DNA from: Rozella allomycis CSF55
Lineage: Eukaryota
NCBI GenBank assembly: GCA_000442015.1
Contig: KE560823.1
Location: 1-38,509, forward strand
Length of the DNA stretch: 38,509 bases
Direction: 5' to 3'
In this document: piece after piece, positions 33,022 through 38,509 of the stretch
How positions within the stretch are numbered: the stretch's first letter is position 1
Layout of the letters: every line of letters starts with the position of its first letter
Made by a program: the position numbers and the translations under genes
Notes under the pieces: model-generated
Databases searched by the model: none
The model's input: only the letters and a program-made list of their open reading frames with translations
What the model was told of the DNA's origin: nothing

Positions 33022-35954
33022 ATGGACACTGAAAATTTAAAAGGCGTAATCATTTATTTTTATTATTATGTAGCTCAAATTAAAGTATGATGATTATGCC
33101 GAGACTTTTTCGTCTTTGCACCAGCATTCATTGAAAACGGCCAATTTTCTGGATAGCTTGTTGTCTGATGATAATAATTTGTCTGAAAGATTAAAATCGG
33201 ATATAATGGCGCATGACAATGCGTGGGAATTCGTGTCTAATGTTTATGAAAGCTTGGAGCTAGTTAACCGCCGATTAAGCTCGCTTCCAAAATTGAAGCC
33301 TTTATTAAAAACGCCCGCTAAACAAGAAAATGAAATACAAGTTAATAATCTTAGTATAAACACAACGAACAAACCTAATGATTCTATTGAATGGACGCCG
33401 ATAACTGAAATGAGCAGCAATCTACCCTCACCTATTGGGGTTTCACCGTTAAGCNCCTCGCCTATTGGAGTTTCACCATTAAGCTCTAAAAAGATTGTTA
33501 AAGTTTACAGCGAAGATAAAAATGTTCCTTGCAAAAGTCTTGCCATTGAGAAATCGATCGAAATGGATGTGAAAGAATTTAAGCCAATGGTATTAAAAAA
33601 GTTTAGAATAGATATATCCTTGATTGATGATTATCAATTGTACATATCTAATGATGGTGGTAACGCTTGCCTTGCATTAATAGAGATTTGAAAGTTCTTG
33701 ATTTGAATGAGAAAGTGATTGAAATTTATGAGCAATTGGAAGAAAAGAATGCAAAACATTATTATGGCGATGAAAGAGTAAAATTGATGTTGGTCAGGGA
33801 ACATAAAGTAAATTTCGGAATTTTATAGAATCCAGAAAAGTGTGTTGAGAATTTACCATGGAGCAGTTTTCAAGTCTTTTAATATTCAAGAATCTACTTT
33901 GGTTATAGATTTGCTACAAATCGCTATAAATAAATTTAAACTACCCAAAACTCATCTACATTACAGGATAGTAGAAGAATACAACCAGGGTAAATCATGC
34001 AATATTGCATTATAAAGAAAGAATTTATTTAAAGCCAGATGAACACATTTTGTCATTGAAAAAGGATTGGGATGTAAAGAAACTGTCAGATAAAGTTAAA
34101 TATATGATTATTGAAAAATCAGATGAGGATTCTTCTTTGATAGTAAGCAGATAATTCATCCTCTTTATCCAGGTATCATACAAAGAAGTGGAAGAAGAAT
34201 GTTCAAAAACTGGAAATACTAAATGTGTGGATTGTTTCAATGAAAATGCAACATTTGCGTCTGTCAACATTGGGGTTGTTGTGTGTTTAAATTGCGCATT
34301 AATGCACGTAAAACTAAATGGCACAATAGCGCCAAATATGTTCATCTCTAAAATTAGACCGCTGAAATATTCTAGCTGGAGCTTTGAATACCTCGATGTA
34401 ATTAAATTTAAGTTTCTTAAAAGGTTTTAAGACACAGAGGGAATGATTTGGCTAATTCTTTCTATACAGCGTTGCATAATATTGTAGTTCCCAATGACGA
34501 AAATAGACTAGTTGAAATCCAAAGAAAGTACGTTATACAAGAAGGGATGCTTACTCCCGATTTTTCATCACAAACGTACAACGAGCAAATGCTCACTTTG
34601 GCTCTTTTTGAATCAATTGAGTTTAATCACATTGAATATGCTTTAAAAGTAATCGCTTGGGGTGTCGATTTGAACTTTCCTAAAAATGACGACTCTATTC
34701 CACCTCTTCACTTTGCCTGCCAGCAAAAAAATTCTACAATGATCGAAATTCTCTTATCTCATGGAGCAAACCCTTGTCTTTACGATAAGGATAAAAATAC
34801 GCCTCTTTTTTATCTATATTTGAATAAATTAGAATCAGCGGCATTGAAATTGATTGAATATCAAGTGTACTACGAAGCGATTTCAAATGGAATAAATTTG
34901 GATCCGCTTCCCCCAAGCATCATTGCATACCCATGGATTGGTCTCGGCCAAAGGAGGCTTGTTTCAATGCTAAATAAAGATTTCAATAACTTATTAAATG
35001 ACACTCTAGTCGAAGCGCACTCACGATCTGTAAATGAAAGCCACTCCACTCTTACGTTAAATCAGAAAGGAGCCCAAAAACTAGGACAATTGCCTGAACC
35101 GAAATTTAGAGATCTAGCAGACACTGTATTCGAAGAAATGAGCTCCAGGGAATTCATAAAATTGCATGAACAGCTTAGAAGACCCTTAGAAAGTAACGTA
35201 TTTAGTAATATGTATTAAGAAAGTAGTTCATTTCAATGGCTTGAAAATTTGATTGCAAGACAAAATGCTGAAAAGCAAGCCGCCTTGGATGAAAGGAAGC
35301 GTTTGGAAATGGTTGAACAAAATCACAATAATAACAAGATGGATGCTCTTAAGAGAAATGAAATGGACTTTAGGCAAAAGCCTGCATTACCTCCGCAAAA
35401 ACCTATTTTGCCTCCCGCCCCGCCCGCACTCATGAGCAAACCTAAAATTGAAAGAAACGATTTGCAAATTCACAACCTAAAAAGAAATGACTCTAAGATA
35501 AAAATAGAAAATACCATTAANCAAAATTAATAAATTAGAAAGAAATGATTCATTTCGCTTAGACAATGTAGCAGACCCCGGCCAATCTACTGATGTTACC
35601 GTTTTAATAGAAAATATGGTCGATGCTACTAAAAAGTTTGTAGATTTAACAAAAGTGCCAAACACCAAACACGATTGCACTGAAGCTGCGGCTCTTGTTG
35701 CCCGCTGTTGTAGCAGCATAATAAAGGTATGGGAGAGAATATCCATGGAGAATCGGCAAAGTGGCATGAAAAATGACAGCATGGAAAAAGTTGGGAATGA
35801 GATTGTAACGTCCTTGAAAACTTTTATTGGACAGGTGAAATCAATGGCTGCTGCAAGTGATGATACTTACAAAGCTTACTTTCAGGCCTTGCGTATTGGA
35901 TGTTTGGAAATGTGCAAGAATCTCAAAATACTCGTAAATTTCATGTCATCATAG
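33022..35954 (+). CDS. GIT-like scaffold: 2x RA-like, ArfGAP zinc finger, ankyrins, 2x Spa2-homology (SHD), Pro-rich, C-terminal helical bundle
   Basis: Seven tiny introns plus removal of N35521 give one frame. CVDC-x16-CLNC; PPLHFAC and TPLFYL ankyrins; QRRLVSMLNKDFNNLLNDTLVEAHSR and AQKLGQLPEPKFRDLADTVFEEMSSR; KPALPPQKP. Confidence 0.75.
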
Positions 35955-36011
35955 TTAAATAAACGAGAAATTATAGTGTAGTTTGAGATAAATTTTAAAA
36001 TTGATATGCAA

Positions 36012-36424
36012 TTATCTGTAAGGTTTATTGCAGCAATACGGGATGTCGATAGTACAGTCGCTTCTGATAAGATTTCTGGCCAGCTGTGGTTCGATTTTTA
36101 ATAAATCTTTAATGACATACGTTTTGTGTAAAAACTCGTCATCTCTGTCTTGACAGTCAGCATTTCTGCAACGCGTTGCACCTTCAGGGAGAGCGGGAAC
36201 ATTCAGTCCAACGGTATCCTGCTCCCACAGCGTGCCATTTTGTCTTTGGGAACTTCTGATATCTCAACGATAACTTTTTCTTTGAATCCCCCAGTAACTT
36301 GGTCTCTCTCATAAGGGACCCAGTAGTCGGTAGGTAATGGAGTGAAGTATTCATTAGATGGAAAAAGATGTGCCATGGAGACAATACAAATGGCAAACGC
36401 GACGAGAGAGTTTAAACTTTACAT
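36012..36424 (-). pseudogene. Disrupted small secreted Cys-rich protein
   Basis: M*SLNSLVAFAICIVSMA (signal peptide with TAA at codon 2), a frameshift near 36230, then EQDTVGLNVPALPEGATRCRNADC...DCTIDIPYCCNKPYR*. Confidence 0.6.
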
Positions 36425-36440
36425 GTGTTTTAAACATAGG

Positions 36441-36497
36441 AGTTTGATACTATTTATACCATATGAATTCAAAAAATAGTTTGATACTATTTATACC
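36441..36497. repeat. 20-bp perfect direct repeat
   Basis: agtttgatactatttatacc at 36441-36460 and 36478-36497. Confidence 0.85.
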
Positions 36498-36845
36498 GTA
36501 TTAATTCTAAAAACATACATCTAGAAGTAGAGATTTGATTCAAGAACAAGAGTGAAAAGAGCGATAGTCTGATGCACAAATCATATTTGTAGTGGATTTT
36601 AGGTGTACGCCTTCTATATTGGTATCATAAATCCCTTAAAGTGAGTGTGTAATCGAAGTGAAAATGGTGTTAACACGATTTTCAATAACTTTTCTGGAGT
36701 CCAGGTCGTCCGATAAAATCAGGATATATTCAATTGTGTCTATAGATAGGAAAACCGAACATCTACAGTTGCTTTAAACAAGAATATTTTTTCAAAAGAT
36801 TTTGAATAAAGAATTTATTTTGTTTTTATTACAATTGGTTACCTA

Positions 36846-37732
36846 TTAATTGGGCGGAGCGGTGCAACAAGTTGAGTACTCACGGAAACAATTCACAGCG
36901 GCTGCAGGCCTTGCGTTTTCTGTAAACGCTGTTTTCCGGTGAAAATATACGTAATCACCATTGTCTTCATATTTTCTATCGCAATCTCCAGGTGTCGCTT
37001 CATTCTGATGTCTACATGGTACAATTTTGCATACAAAATTCAGGCCAATCGTGTCGTGATCAATCATTCTCTCAAGTTGTGACTTTTTAGGCTCTGGTTT
37101 AGATTCTGCTGGTGCAGGAGCCGAAGGTGCTGGTGCAGGAGCAGAAGGAGCTGGTCCAGTAGCAGGAGCAGAGGGTGCTGGTGCNTGCCCGACTCCACTT
37201 AGTTACTATCAGCCACTCTGGTGCTTTTTGAATGTGGTACCCATTAAAAGCTTGGGTCTTGCTATTGAATCCAAAGTTTTTCGGCTGCTCTTCGTTTCAC
37301 CCAGCACCACAAAAGTTCTTTTGCTCTTGTCATAGTGATGAAATTGGCGATGAAAATGAAATTTCTTTTTTACAACAACTATCCCTTTTTTATTTCTGGC
37401 ACTCCTACAGTCACAAACTACAAAAAACTTACTTTTTTAATTGTATCTAGATATGGGGGAACTTCTTACCTACCCAGCGTGTCCGCACGATGGAAGGGCA
37501 GTCGTACCCGTTCAGTCCCTTCGGGGCAGTGGAATCTTCCAGTTCAAAGGCCTTCGGGCGTTCAAAGGCCTCCGGGCGTTCACTGGCCTTCGGGCTTTCA
37601 AAGCCCTTGCGGCTTTCATTGGCCTTCGGGCGTTCACTGGCCTTCGGGCGTTCATTGGCTTTCGGGCGTTCATTGGCCTTCGGGTCCCTTAGATATACAA
37701 ACATTATTAAAATTATATAGTAACAAGAACAT
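36846..37732 (-). pseudogene. Disrupted secreted protein with repeat linkers and two Cys-rich modules
   Basis: Frameshifted signal peptide MFLLLY/ILIMFVYL, ERPKA(N/S) repeats, PKGLNGYDC...CQK*KRDSCC, several stops, a PAPAPSA linker, then an intact DHDTIGLNFVC...C...C...CFREYSTCCTAPPN*. Confidence 0.55.
37549..37686. repeat. 18-bp minisatellite, about 7.7 copies
   Basis: Consensus ggccttcgggcgttca(c/t/a)(t/a). Encodes ERPKAN/ERPKAS on the minus strand. Confidence 0.95.
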
Positions 37733-37739
37733 TTTTACC

Positions 37740-38509
37740 CCAAATCGTTCAGTGGTTTTGGAAGAGACTCACCAGACTCCCAAACATGCGAGATGGAAGA
37801 ACCATCACCTACTTTTACCCACATTTCAAACTCACATTATAACAATTATGACTAAAATAACTTCCATTACTGCGGAACCAAAGAATCAACCAATCAAGTA
37901 CATCTTGGAGTGCCGGCAACCATCCGAACTAAAACAGTTAACAAATAAAATCGTTAAATTTTTCAAATGTACTCAATGTCACACATTCCAAGGTCGATGG
38001 AGGCAAAAGAGCCATCGACATAGCTCGAGACTTACTTACAAACTAAAACTCAGCCTTGGCATGACTATGTTCTTAAGCAACTTTAATGATGACACTAAAT
38101 CTCACACCACGACGTCATGCAATAACAAAAAGTCAAATCATGAACTCGAAGATCCACCGGGAGACACCCAGTCACCCTCACTATATATCTAATCCCAAAA
38201 TGTTCATAGTTTTAACCTTCAAAACAGATCTGATTTCACAAAACACCAAATTGATGAACTTATCAGGCAAGAAACCTATAATGTATACTTCTTTCAAGAA
38301 ACCTGGAGTAATGATAAGGATATCCAACATTGGCTCAGAACGTCCGGTTTGTCCAAACTAGTGCATTGTTATACAGATACACCACATAACGCAATAAATA
38401 CAAATACCAAAGGCCAAGGTACCTGCATTATGATTAATAAACATCTCAATTCACACGTCCAACGTCACTGGGAATTTCCTGATCGAGCGGTCCTTTTGCA
38501 ATTAAATAT
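37740..38509 (+). mobile_element. Degenerate non-LTR retrotransposon (LINE): possible ORF1 remnant and start of an APE endonuclease domain, running off the window
   Basis: The frame of ORF 37335-38192 continues through TAA 38190-38192 as LYI*SQNVHSFN...YNVYFFQETW...KGQGTCIMINKHL...FPDRAVLLQL, matching APE motifs. An upstream CTQC may be a knuckle remnant. The sense strand is A/C-rich; the left boundary is approximate. Confidence 0.75.

Noticed and set aside
604..35782. Numerous short antisense ORFs in the ORF track (e.g. 604-792, 5857-6150, 21554-21910, 27990-28295, 35477-35782)
   Set aside because: They are shadows of well-supported genes on the opposite strand or in another frame.
37549..37686. 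CRISPR array
   Set aside because: Head-to-tail repeats without unique spacers, no cas genes, eukaryotic context.
1..38509. Genome-wide reassignment of TAA/TAG to an amino acid
   Set aside because: Most genes end in TAA or TAG at expected positions. Apparent internal stops are almost all inside tiny introns. The few exceptions align to different expected residues or lie in pseudogenes.

Overview
This is eukaryotic, AT-rich, very gene-dense nuclear DNA read in the standard genetic code. About 22 protein-coding loci can be reconstructed once tiny (about 24-31 nt) GT-AG introns are removed, which is why the ORF track is fragmented. The tiny introns, flagellar genes (CASC1/DNAI7, DYNC2LI1), fungal-type Rsc9 and Pfa4, TRAP1, EHD and a Crinkler-type gene suggest a zoosporic early-diverging fungus, possibly Rozella-like; this is inference only. 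The window also holds three tRNA genes, accessory material (ankyrin family, atypical kinase, CRN NTPase-REase, pseudogenised secreted Cys-rich modules) and the 5' part of a degenerate LINE at the right end. Eleven single-N junctions look like assembly joins. The most notable observations are: a GIT-like RA-RA-ArfGAP-ANK-SHD protein lacking the arginine finger; an in-frame TAA in otherwise intact TRAP1; a CBS gene that needs a GT-GG intron; X-box-like palindromes before ciliary genes; two orphan tRNA T-arm/B-box elements; AATAAA fused to stop codons; and an unannotated 'GLN...C...CC' secreted module family. No single new multi-gene system can be demonstrated from the sequence alone. All gene models and family assignments are manual and unverified by database search.
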